DNA from: Eledone cirrhosa
Lineage: Eukaryota
Length of the DNA: 64,000 nucleotides
Reading direction: 5' to 3'
Assembly: GCA_964016885.1 (NCBI GenBank)
Contig: OZ024741.1
Span: 19,344,001-19,408,000 of the forward strand
How positions within the stretch are numbered: the first letter of the stretch is position 1; each line of letters opens with the position of its first letter. A program made the position numbers and the translations under genes. Shown one piece after another: positions 52,005-64,000 of this stretch. The notes under the pieces were generated by a model that saw nothing but the letters and a program-made list of their open reading frames with translations, was not told the origin of the DNA and did no database searches.

Positions 52005-53570
52005 GGGTGTGTATGATTGTGTATTGAAGATTATATTAATAAGAGGAATTCCAACTTTGTCTGATTTACTCGTTTTATTTACAATCCTTTAAAATATATA
52101 TAATGGTATTATAATGAAATAGTATGGTAGAATATTAAATTCTAAGTGTTAATTGAACAAGTACTTTCATGCTTTCGCAATCTTCAGGTTCATGATATGT
52201 GGTGACAGTCGAGTTTGCAATTTTCAACTGTAATGAGATGGGTAAATTTCCTACCTTTTATACATTTTATACAGAGAAAAGTGGCTCCAGAATGCAAAGC
52301 CCTGTAAACTGTATTTCGACCAATCAGTGTGTAGTTTCACTGAATTACTACAGCTGATTGGTTTAAGCGTCACGGCTGGTTGAGCATGCTAACGACCAAT
52401 AGTCATACCCAACGTATCAATTGTTTTGCTTTTTGAAATGATGAAAATAGCATTTTCTATTAATCATCACCATCAACATCACTTTTATTATTATTATTAT
52501 TGTTGTTGTTGTTGTTATTGTTGTTGTTAGTGGTCGTGGTCATAGTGGTAGTAGAAATAATACCCCTAGGCGTTATTATTGTTCATTTAGCTTGGGTTTG
52601 AATTTATCAATAAAATTCTTTTCTTTGATTTTTCTCTTGATTTCACTTGGGCTGTGTAATTTGTAGAATGGGAATATTATAAATATTCCCTAACCACATG
52701 TTGCCAGGTGGCCGCTTAGGGGTATCTGACGGACATTTGGGTCTCTGATTTGTTGACGGTGTACCCGTGCACGTTCCAATAGTGCATTTCCAGTTTGACC
52801 GACATATAGTTCTTCACAATTCGGGCATTTAATGCAGTAAATTAGATTTCTGCTTTTGCAGTTCATATTTGCATTTGGGAATATTTTTCCAGTTTTTGTT
52901 TTCATATATTGACCGGCGTGTATGGATTGACATGTGCCGCATCGATTATCATTGCATTTAGATACAGTGAATGATTGGTCTTTGTTGTTAAGGTCAAACT
53001 TTGCTTTTGTTAGCAATTGCTTCAAATTTTTTGGCTGTCTTTTACTAAGAGTCAAAGATCGATCTGTGATTAAGCCTTTTAATTCATTACTTTGAGCAAT
53101 GATCGGTAGGTTTGCTTTGGCAGTGTTGAATATATTTTGGTGACATGGGTTGTGTGTCATTATAAATGGTATGACCAGTTCTTGGTTTCTTCTTCCTTGG
53201 GTTGTTCTAAGTTGTTGTATAGGTATTTTTATAAAATTAAACCAATCAGCTGTAGTAATTCAGTGAAACTACACACTGATTGGTCGAAATACAGTTTACA
53301 GGGCTTTGCATTCTGGAGCCACTTTTCTCTGTATAAAATATATAAAAAGTAGGAAATTTACCCATCTCATTACAGTTGAAAATTGCAAACTCGACTGTCA
53401 CCACATATCATGAACCTGAAGATTGCGAAAGCATGAAAGTACTTGTTCAATTAACACTTAGAATTTAATATTCTATCATACTATTTCATTATAATACCAT
53501 TATATATATTTTAAAGGATTGTAAATAAAACGAGTAAATCAGACAAAGTTGGAATTCCTCTTATTAATAT
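52005..53570 (-). mobile_element. 5'-truncated Neptune-like PLE with inverted pseudo-LTRs, each carrying an HHR (52154-52192 -, 53411-53449 +)
   Basis: About 52033-52366 is inverted at about 53238-53570. HHR: tgaac CTGAAGA t tgc gaaa gca t GAAA gtac TT gttca. Confidence 0.9.
52577..53235 (-). pseudogene. PLE linker Zn-finger + GIY-YIG endonuclease fragment
   Basis: THNP..KRQPKNLKQLLTKA..KCNDNRCGTC..MNCKSRNLIYCIKCPNCEELYVGQTG..ERARVHRQQI..HLATCG*..FPFYK..KEKNFIDKFKPKLN. Premature TAG at 52690. Confidence 0.88.
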
Positions 53571-53640
53571 ATATATATATATATATATGATTGTAAGTGG
53601 ATGTGGCGGTGTGCTTGTATACATTTGTAATTTATACCTG

Positions 53641-53734
<94 letters not shown>

Positions 53735-53739
53735 CGTAT

Positions 53740-53848
<109 letters not shown>

Positions 53849-53958
53849 CGTATATATATATATATGTATATATGTATATATATATATATACATATACACG
53901 TATATATGTATGATTATATTTTTAAGTATATATATTATTATATACCTATATATTATGA

Positions 53959-53989
<31 letters not shown>

Positions 53990-54754
53990 CATATATATAC
54001 ATATATATGTATATATATATACATATATATACATATATATGGAATACTGTTAGCTTCTCGCTAAAACAATTTCTATACGTTTCATTTATTTATATATATG
54101 TATATATATATATGTGTGTGTGTGCGTGTGTGTGTGTATATACATATGCGCGTGTATGTATGTATGTGTGTATACATATGTGCGTGTATGTGTGTGTCCC
54201 TACACATTCACACACATACAATATATTGAATGGCAAACAAATCTCTGTCTCTCTCTAACATATGTTCACACCACAAAACTATTTCTATATTAATTTCTCT
54301 ATATCACACAGTCTGTGTCTATGTGTGTCTGTATGTGTGAAGTACTAGCTGCTGCTGCTGCTGCTTCTACTACTACTGCTGCTGCTCTGCTACTACTTCT
54401 GCTGCGGCTACTACTGCTGCTCCTGCTGCTGCTACTACTACTACTGCTGCTGTAGTTTAATGTATTATCGACTGGTAACTATTGATGCGGTATTCTTGGA
54501 ATAGAGAAACTTAACAGAATGTTATGATAGCTTTGAACTTTGACAGTGCTAGACTCCCCCCACCCACCCTTACTAAACCTACACACTAGCAACTTCAAGG
54601 TTCAATGGGCAGTCTTTTGATGTGCTAGAAGTAGCTACCAAATCTCCCTTAAATCACCCACTACCATCATTATAACAGATAGCATGATGTAGTCTGACCT
54701 AGACTACATCAGAATGAAGGCAGGAGGCTCATAATTGGAAAAAACTATTGACCA

Positions 54755-56968
54755 GTCAGTATACCTGAGCTGGGTAGTGGGGTGGTGTTGAGGGTTGGTA
54801 TACCTGAGCTGGGTAGTGGGGTGGTGTTGAGGGTTGGTATACCTGAGCTGGGTAGTGGGGTGGTGTTGAGCGTCAGTATACCTGAGCTGGGTAGTGGGGT
54901 GGTGTTGAGGGTTGGTATACCTGAGCTGGGTAGTGGGGTGGTGTTGAGGGTCAGTATACCTGAGATGGGTAGTGGGGTGGTGTTGAGGGTTGGTATACCT
55001 GAGCTGGGTAGTGGGGTGGTGTTGAGCGTCAGTATACCTGAGCTGGGTAGTGGGGTGGTGTTGAGGGTTGGTATACCTGAGCTGGGTAGTGGGGTGGTGT
55101 TGAGGTTTGGTATACCTGAGCTGGGTAGTGGGGTGGTGTTGAGGGTCAGTATACCTGAGCTGGGTAATGGGGTGGTGTTGAGCGTCAGTATACCTGAGCT
55201 GGGTAGTGGGGTGGTGTTGAGGGTTGGTATACCTGAGCTGGGTAGTGGGGTGGTGTTGAGGGTTGGTATACCTAGCTGGGTAGTGGGGTGGTGTTGAGGG
55301 TCAGTATACCTGAGCTGGGTAGTGGGGTGGTGTTGAGGGTTGGTATACCTGAGCTGGGTAGTGGGGTGGTGTTGAGGGTCAGTATACCTGAGCTGGGTAG
55401 TGGGGTGGTGTTGAGGGTTGGTATACCTGAGCTGGGTAGTGGGGTGGTGTTGAGGGTTGGTATACCTGAGCTGGGTAGTGGGGTGGTGTTGAGGGTCAGT
55501 ATACCTGAGCTGGGTAGTGGGGTGGTGTTGAGGGTCAGTATACCTGAGCTGGGTAGTGGGGTGGTGTTGAGGGTCAGTATACCTGAGCTGGGTAGTGGGG
55601 TGGTGTTGAGCGTCAGTATACCTGAGCTGGGTAGTGGGGTGGTGTTGAGGGTCAGTATACCTGAGCTGGGTAGTGGGCTGGTGTTGAGCGTCAGTATACC
55701 TGAGCTGGGTAGTGGGGTGGTGTTGAGGGTTGGTATACCTGAGCTGGGTAGTGGGGTGGTGTTGAGGGTTGGTATACCTGAGCTGGGTAGTGGGGTGGTG
55801 TTGAGGGTCAGTATACCTGAGCTGGGTAGTGGGGTGGTGTTGAGCGTCAGTATACCTGAGCTGGGTAGTGGGGTGGTGTTGAGGGTTGGTATACCTGAGC
55901 TGGGTAGTGGGGTGGTGTTGAGGGTTGGTATACCTGAGCTGGGTAGTGGGGTGGTGTTGAGGGTTGGTATACCTGAGCTGGGTAATGGGGTGGTGTTGAG
56001 GGTCAGTATACCTGAGCTGGGTAGTGGGGTGGTGTTGAGGGTTGGTATACCTGAGCTGGGTAGTGGGGTGGTGTTGAGGGTCAGTATACCTGAGCTGGGT
56101 AGTGGGGTGGTGTTGAGGGTTGGTATACCTGAGCTGGGTAGTGGGGTGGTGTTGAGGGTTGGTATACCTGAGCTGGGTAGTGGGGTGGTGTTGAGGGTCA
56201 GTATACCTGAGCTGGGTAGTGGGGTGGTGTTGAGGGTTGGTATACCTGAGCTGGGTAGTGGGGTGGTGTTGAGGGTTGGTATACCTGAGCTGGGTAGTGG
56301 GGTGGTGTTGAGGGTCAGTATACCTGAGCTGGGTAGTGGGGTGGTGTTGAGGGTCAGTATACCTGAGTTGGGTAGTGGGGTGGTGTTGAGGGTTGGTATA
56401 CCTGAGCTGGGTAGTGGGGTGGTGTTGAGGGTTGGTATACCTGAGCTGGGTAGTGGGGTGGTGTTGAGGGTCAGTATACCTGAGCTGGGTAGTGGGGTGG
56501 TGTTGAGGGTTGGTATACCTGAGCTGGGTAGTGGGGTGGTGTTGAGGGTCAGTATACCTGAGCTGGGTAGTGGGGTGGTGTTGAGGGTTGGTATACCTGA
56601 GCTGGGTAGTGGGGTGGTGTTGAGGGTCAGTATACCTGAGCTGGGCAGTGGTGTAGTGTTGAGGGTCAGTATACCTGAGCTGGGTAGTGGGGTGGTGTTG
56701 AGGGTTGGTATACCTGAGTTGGGTAGTGGGGTGGTGTTGAGGGTTGGTATACCTGAGCTGGGTAGTGGGGTGGTGTTGAGGGTCTGTATACCTGAGCTGG
56801 GTAGTGGGGTGGTGTTGAGGGTCAGTATACCTCAGCTGGGCAGTGGGGTGGTGTTGAGGGTTGGTATATCTGAGCTGGGTAGTGGGGTGGTGTTGAGGGT
56901 CAGTATACCTGAGCTGGGTAGTGGGGTGGTGTTGAGGGTCAGTATACCTGAGCTAGGCAGTGGGGTGA
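54755..56968. repeat. 39-bp G-rich minisatellite, about 57 copies
   Basis: Unit tatacctgagctgggtagtggggtggtgttgagggt(tgg/cag). Confidence 0.97.
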
Positions 56969-58129
56969 GCTCCTGCTGGACTACAAAATGACTGAAATAT
57001 GTTGTTTATCACCTCTTCCCCCCCCCCATGTGTCTCCCTTCGTGGCACTGGCTTCACCAAACTGGGTTGGGTGTGAAAGTGAGAGCTCAGTACTATAACC
57101 AATGTAATGCTTGGATTACACTATCCTAAAGTACATATACTTGTGGCTGGGCACCACTTGTGGAACCAAACACCTAATGGAACTCCGTTGAAATGAACTT
57201 ACACCATGAATTCCTTCAATGGAGCCAGCTCAACCCCTCCCCCACCAGGTGGAGCCAGCTCAACCCCTCACCACCAGGTGAACTCCACCACAAATACAAG
57301 TACAAGCAATAGTACATCACTGCAATACTGGTTCACAGCCAAGTGTTGTTTCATGTTGAGATGATAGTACACGAGTATTTATATCAGTAGTATTTGTACT
57401 ACAGATGACATTGTGTATAGTTTTAGTAATAACAACACTGGTGGGTATTAATACCTTGATAGTACTTTGGAAGGTAGTGGTGGTGGCGGTGAGGAGCTGC
57501 TGCTACTACTGCTGCTGATCTCATGTGACGTCTTACACAGAGATTTCACCTATTTTGATGTTGAACGCTCTACAAATTAGTCAATTAACCTCACCGATAA
57601 TGCGAACAACAATAATAATAATAGCAATAATAATGATGATGAAGATGATGATGATGATGATGATTATGAAGATTCCATTTTTATTTATTGTTACTACGGA
57701 GGTGGGGGAGAGAGTTTCTGGTGTTAGAGATGGAGACATTGGGAAAACTGCGAGGTATTTCTAAGAGAGTTATTAGACATATCAGGTGTTAACGTTGTTT
57801 GCATAATTGGTTATATGGGGAGGGGGGGGGGGTTACTGGGCAGAAAGGAGGAGGTCATCATCATCACCGTCATCATCATTATTGTTGTAGTTGTTGTTGT
57901 AGTAGTTGTTGTTGTTGTAGTTGTTGTAGTTGTTGTTGTTGCTGTAGTTGTTGTTGATTTTGTTGTATGCCTTCCCTGCATCACCAAGCGTAACACTGTT
58001 TATTTTGGGAACGTGAAATGTTGTTATTGTTGTTATCGTTGTTATTGTTGTTATTGCTGTTGTTGTTGTTATTGCTTTGGTTTCCTTTCTCTTTTCCTTT
58101 AAATTTGTATTGAGAGAACATTGTCTAAT

Positions 58130-61100
58130 AGATGTAGTTTCAATATGTTGTTAGATGTGTAGTTGTTAGATGTGTAGTTGTTAGATGTGTAGTTGTAAGA
58201 TGTGTAGTTTCAATATGTTGTTTATATGTGTAGTTGTAAGATGTGTAGTTACAACATGTTGTTTATATGTGTAGTTGTAAGATGTGTAGTTTCAATATGT
58301 TGCTTATATGTGTAGTTGTAAGATGTGTAGTTACAACATGTTGTTTATATGTGTAGTTGTAAGATGTGTAGTTTCAATATGTTGCTTATATGTGTAGTTG
58401 TAAGATGTGTAGTTTCAACATGTTGTTTATATGTGTAGTTGTAAGATGTGTAGTTGCAATATGTTGTTTATATGTGTAGTTCTAAGATGTGTAGTTTCAA
58501 TATGTTGTTTATATGTGTAGTTGTAAGATGTGTAGTTGCAATATGTTGTTTATATGTGTAGTTGTAAGATGTGTAGTTTCAATATGTTGTTTATATGTGT
58601 AGTTGTTAGATGTGTAGTTTCAATAGGTTGTTTATATGTGTAGTTGTTAGATGTGTAGTTTCAAGATGTTGTTTATATGTGTAGTATCAATATGTTGTTT
58701 ATATGTGTAGTTGTAAGATGTGTAGTTTCAATATGTTGTTTATATGTGTAGTTGTTAGATATGTAGTATCAATATGCTGTTAGATGTGTAGTTTCAATAT
58801 GTTGTTCATATGGGTAGTTGTTAGATGTGTAGTGTCAATATGCTGTTAGATGTGTAGTTTCAATATGTTGTTTATATGTGTAGTTGTAAGATGTGTAGTT
58901 GTTAGATATATAGTTTCTATACATTGTTTATATGTGTAGGTGTTAGATGTGTAGTTTCAACATGTTGTTTATATGTGTAGTTGTTAGATGTGTAGTTTCA
59001 ATATGTTGTTTATATGAGTAGTTGACAGATGTGTAGTTTCAATATGTTGTTTGTATGTGTAGTTGTCAGATGTGTAGTTTCAATATGTTGTTTATATGTG
59101 CAGTTGTATGATGTGTAGTTTCAATATGTTGTTTATATGTATAGTTGTAAGATGTGTAGTTTCAACATGTTGTTTATATGTGTAAGATCTGTTGTAAGAT
59201 GTGTAGTTTCAACATGTTGTTTATATGTGTAGTTGTAAGATGTGTAGTTTCAATATGTTGTTTATATGTGTAGTTGTTAGATGTGTAGTTTCAATATGTT
59301 GTTTATATGTGTAATTGTAAGATGTGTAGTTTCAATATGTTGTTTATATGTATAGTTGTATGATGTGTAGAATCAATATGTTGTTAGATGTGTAGTTTCA
59401 ATATGTTGTTTATATGTGTAGTTGTAAGATGTGTAGTTTCAATATGTTGTTTATATGTGTAGTTGTTAGATGTGTAGTTGTAAGATGTTGTTTATATGTG
59501 TAGTTGTTTGATGTGTAGTTTCAATACGTTGTTTATATGTGTAGTTGTTAGATGTGTAGTTTCAATATGTTGTTTATATGTGTAGTTGTATGATGTGTAG
59601 TATCAATATGTTGTTAGATGTGTAGTTTCAATATGTTGTTTATATGTGTAGTTGTAAGATGTGTAGTTTCAATATGTTGTTTATATGTGTAGTTGTAAGA
59701 TGTGTAGTTTCAATATGTTGTTTATATGTGTAGTTGTTAGACGTGTAGTTGTAAGATGTTGTTTATATGTGTAGTTGTTTGATGTGTAGTTTCAATATGT
59801 TGTTTATATGTGTAGTTGTATGATGTGTAATATCAATATGTTGTTTACATGTGTAGTTGTAAGATGTGTAGTTGTTAGATGTATAGTTTCTATATGTTGT
59901 TTATATGTGTAGTTGTTAGATGTGTAGTATCAATATGTTGTTTATACATGTAGTTGTTAGATGTGTAGTTTCAATATGTTGTTTATATGTGTAGTTGTAA
60001 GATGTGTAGTATCAATATGTTGTTTATATGTGTAGTTGTTAGATGTGTAGTTTCAATACGTTGTTTATATGTGTAGTTGTATGATGTGTAGTATCAATAT
60101 GTTGTTAGATGTGTAGTTTCAATATGTTGTTTATATGTGTAGTTGTATGATGTGTAGTATCAATATGTTGTTAGATGTGTAGTTTCAATATGTTGTTTAT
60201 ATGTGTAGTTGTTAGATGTGTAGTTGTAAGATGTTGTTTATATGTGTAGTTGTTTGATGTGTAGTTTCAATACGTTGTTTATATGTGTAGTTGTTAGATG
60301 TGTAGTTTCAATATGTTGTTTATATGTGTAGTTGTATGATGTGTAGTATCAATATGTTGTTAGATGTGTAGTTTCAATATGTTGTTTATATGTGTAGTTG
60401 TAAGATGTGTAGTTTCAATATGTTGTTTATATGTGTAGTTGTAAGATGTGTAGTTTCAATATGTTGTTTATATGTGTAGTTGTTAGACGTGTAGTTGTAA
60501 GATGTTGTTTATATGTGTAGTTGTTTGATGTGTAGTTTCAATATGTTGTTTATATGTGTAGTTGTATGATGTGTAATATCAATATGTTGTTTATATGTGT
60601 AGTTGTAAGATGTGTAGTTGTTAGATGTATAGTTTCTATATGTTGTTTATATGTGTAGTTGTTAGATGTGTAGTATCAATATGTTCTTTATACATGTAGT
60701 TGTTAGATGTGTAGTTTCAATATGTTGTTTATATGTGTAGTTGTAAGATGTGTAGTATCAATATGTTGTTTATATGTGTAGTTGTTAGATGTGTAGTTTC
60801 AATATGTTGTTTATATGTGTAGTTGTATGATGTGTAGTATCAATATGTTGTTAGATGTGTAGTTTCAATATGTTGTTTATATGTGTAGTTGTATGATGTG
60901 TAGTATCAATATGTTGTTAGATGTGTAGTTTCAATATGTTGTTTATATGTGTAGTTGTTAGATGTGTAGTTGTAAGATTTTGTTTATATGTGTAGTTGTT
61001 AGATGTGTAGTTTCAATATGTTGTTTATATGTGTAGTTGTTAGATGTATAGTTTCAATATGTTGTTTATATGTGTAGTTGTTAGATGTGTAGTTTCAATA

Positions 61101-64000
61101 TGTTGTTTATATGTGTAGTTGTTAGATGTGTACTTTCAATATGTTGTTTATATGTGTATTTGTAAGGTGTGTAGTATCAATATGTTGTTTATATGTGTAG
61201 TTTCAATATGTAGTTTATATGTGTAGTTGTTAGATGTGTAGTTTCAATATTTTGTTTATATGTGTAGTTGTTAGATGTGTAGTTACAATATGTAGTTTAT
61301 ATGTCTAGTTGTTAGATGTGTAGTTTCAATATGTTGTTTATATGTGTAGTTGTTAGATGTGTAGTTTCAATATGTTGTTTATATGTGTAGTTGTTAGATG
61401 TGTAGTATCAATATGTTGTTTATATGTGTAATTGTTAGATGTGTAGTTTCAATATGTTGTTTATATGTGTAGTTGTTAGATGTGTAGTTTCAATATGTAG
61501 TTTATATGTGTAGTTGTTAGATGTGTAGTTTCAATATGTTGTTTATATGTGTAGTTGTTAGATGTGTAGTTTCAATATGTTGTATATATGTGTAGTTTCA
61601 ATATATAGTTTATATGTGTAGTTGTAAGATGTGTAGTTTCAATATGTTGTTTATATGTGTAGTTGTTAGATGTGTAGTTTCAATATGTTGTTTATATGTG
61701 TAGTTGTTAGATGTGTAGTTTCAATATGTTGTTTATATGCGTAGTTGTTAGATGTGTAGTTTCAATAGGTTGTTTGTATGTGTAGTTGTCAGATGTGTAG
61801 TTTCAATAGGTTGTTTATATGTGTAGTTAGTTGTAAGATGTGTAGTTTCAATATGTTGTTTATATGTGTAGTTGTAAGATGTGTAGTTTCAATATGTAGT
61901 TTATATGTGTAGTTGTTAGATGTGTAGTTTCAATAGGTTGTTTGTATGTGTAGTTGTCAGATGTGTAGTTTCAATAGGTTGTTTATATGTATAGTTGTTA
62001 GATGTGTAGTTTCAAGATGTTGTTTATATGTGTAGTATCAATATGTTGTTTATATGTGTAGTTGTAAGATGTGTAGTTTCAATATGTTGTTTATATGTGT
62101 AGTTGTTAGATGTGTAGTATCAATATGCTGTTAGATGTGTAGTTTCAATATGTTGTTCATATGGGTAGTTGTTAGATGTGTAGTATCAATATGCTGTTAG
62201 ATGTGTAGTGTCAATATGTTGTTTATATGTGTAGTTGTAAGATGTGTAGTTTCAATATGTTGTTTATATGTGTAGTTGTAAGATGTGTAGTTGTTAGATA
62301 TATAGTTTCTATATGTTGTCTATATGTGTAGGTGTTAGATGTGTAGTTTCAACATGTTGTTTATATGTGTAGTTGTTAGATGTGTAGTTTCAATATGTTG
62401 TTTATATGTGTAGTTGATAGATGTGTAGTTTCAATATGTTGTTTGTATGTGTAGTTGTCAGATGTGTAGTTTCAATATGTTGTTTATATGTGCAGTTGTA
62501 TGATGTGTAGTTTCAATATGTTGTTTATATGTATAGTTGTAAGATGTGTAGTTTCAACATGTTGTTTATGTGTAAGATCTGTTGTAAGATGTGTAGTTTC
62601 AACATGTTGTTTATATGTGTAGTTGTTAGATGTGTAGTTTCAATATGTTGTTTATATATGTAGTTGTATGATGTGTAGTATCAATATGTTGTTAGATGTG
62701 TAGTTTCAATATGTTGTTTATATGTGTAGTTGTAAGATGTGTAGTTTCAATATGTTGTTTATATGTGTAGTTGTTAGACGTGTAGTTGTAAGATGTTGTT
62801 TATATGTGTAGTTGTTTGATGTGTAGTTTCAATATGTTGTTTATATGTGTAGTTGTTAGATGTGTAGTTTCAATATGTTGTTTATATGTGTAGTTGTATG
62901 ATGTGTAGTATCAATATGTTGTTAGATGTGTAGTTTCAATATGTTGTTTATATGTGTAGTTGTAAGATGTGTAGTTTCAATATGTTGTTTATATGTGTAG
63001 TTGTTAGACGTGTAGTTGTAAGATGTTGTTTATATGTGTAGTTGTTTGATGTGTAGTTTCAATATGTTGTTTATATGTGTAGTTGTTAGATGTGTAGTTT
63101 CAATATGTTGTTTATATGTGTAGTTGTATGATGTGTAGTATCAATATGTTGTTAGATGTGTAGTTTCAATATGTTGTTTATATGTGTAGTTGTTAGATTT
63201 GTAGTTGTAAGATGTTGTTTATATGTGTAGTTGTTAGATGTGTAGTTTCAATATGTTGTTTATATGTGTAGTTGTTAGATGTATAGTTTCAATATGTTGT
63301 TTATATGTGTAGTTGTTAGATGTGTAGTTTCAATATGTTGTTTATATGTGTAGTTGTTAGATGTGTAGTTTTTGAATATGTTGTTTATATGTGTATTTGT
63401 AAGGTGTGTAGTATCAATATGTTGTTTATATGTGTAGTTTCAATATGTTGTTTATATGTGTAGTTGTAAGATGTGTAGTTTCAATATGTTGTTTATATGT
63501 GTAGTTGTTAGACGTGTAGTTGTAAGATGTTGTTTATATGTGTAGTTGTTTGATGTGTAGTTTCAATATGTTGTTTATACGTGTAGTTGTTAGATGTGTA
63601 GTTTCAATATGTTGTTTATATGTGTAGTTGTAAGATGTGTAGTATCAATATGTTGTTTATATGTGTAGTTGTTAGATGTGTAGTTTCAATATGTTGTTTA
63701 TATGTGTAGTCGTATGATGTGTAGTATCAACATGTTGTTAGATGTGTAATTTCAATATGTTGTTTATATGTGTAGTTGTATGATGTGTAGTATCAATATG
63801 TTGTTAGATGTGTAGTTTCAATATGTTGTTTATATGTGTAGTTGTTAGATGTGTAGTTGTAAGATGTTGTTTATATGTGTAGTTGTTAGATGTGTAGTTT
63901 CAATATGTTGTTTATATGTGTACTTGTTAGATGTGTAGTTTCAATATGTTGTTTATATGTGTAGTTGTTAGATGTGTAGTTTCAATATGTTGTTTATATG
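58130..64000. repeat. About 41-bp (26+15) T/G-rich satellite running off the window end
   Basis: atgtgtagtttcaatatgttgtttat + atgtgtagttgt(t/a)ag subunits. Confidence 0.97.

Noticed and set aside
54782-56991. 171-aa and 567-aa repeat ORFs as a real gene
   Set aside because: A 39-bp stop-free unit gives open frames on both strands automatically. There is an internal frameshift and no unique coding flanks.

Overview
AT-rich, microsatellite-dense metazoan DNA with no convincing host gene. The SINE types and (TA)n/(CA)n load suggest a cephalopod such as octopus (inference). Most ORF-track entries are translations of simple repeats. The real content is retroelements: five decayed Penelope-like elements (PLEs; RT and/or GIY-YIG) of at least three subtypes, a young 5'-truncated Tx1/L1-clade LINE in (GATA)n, RTE and CRE fragments, about 12 tRNA-derived SINE copies, a hAT-type MITE and four tandem arrays (61, 518, 39 and about 41 bp units). 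The main hidden signal is RNA structure. By eye I find about 23 canonical type-I hammerhead ribozyme (HHR) folds plus 6 copies of a family with a fixed variant core (CAGAAGA). These include a 9-unit, near-identical 518-bp HHR concatemer (retrozyme-like) fused exactly to the 5' truncation point of a PLE, two other ORF-less HHR units of 522 and 544 bp, and many fold-back insertions in (TA)n whose inversion points fall on hammerhead helices. All folds were paired manually; nothing was computed or searched, and ribozyme activity is untested.
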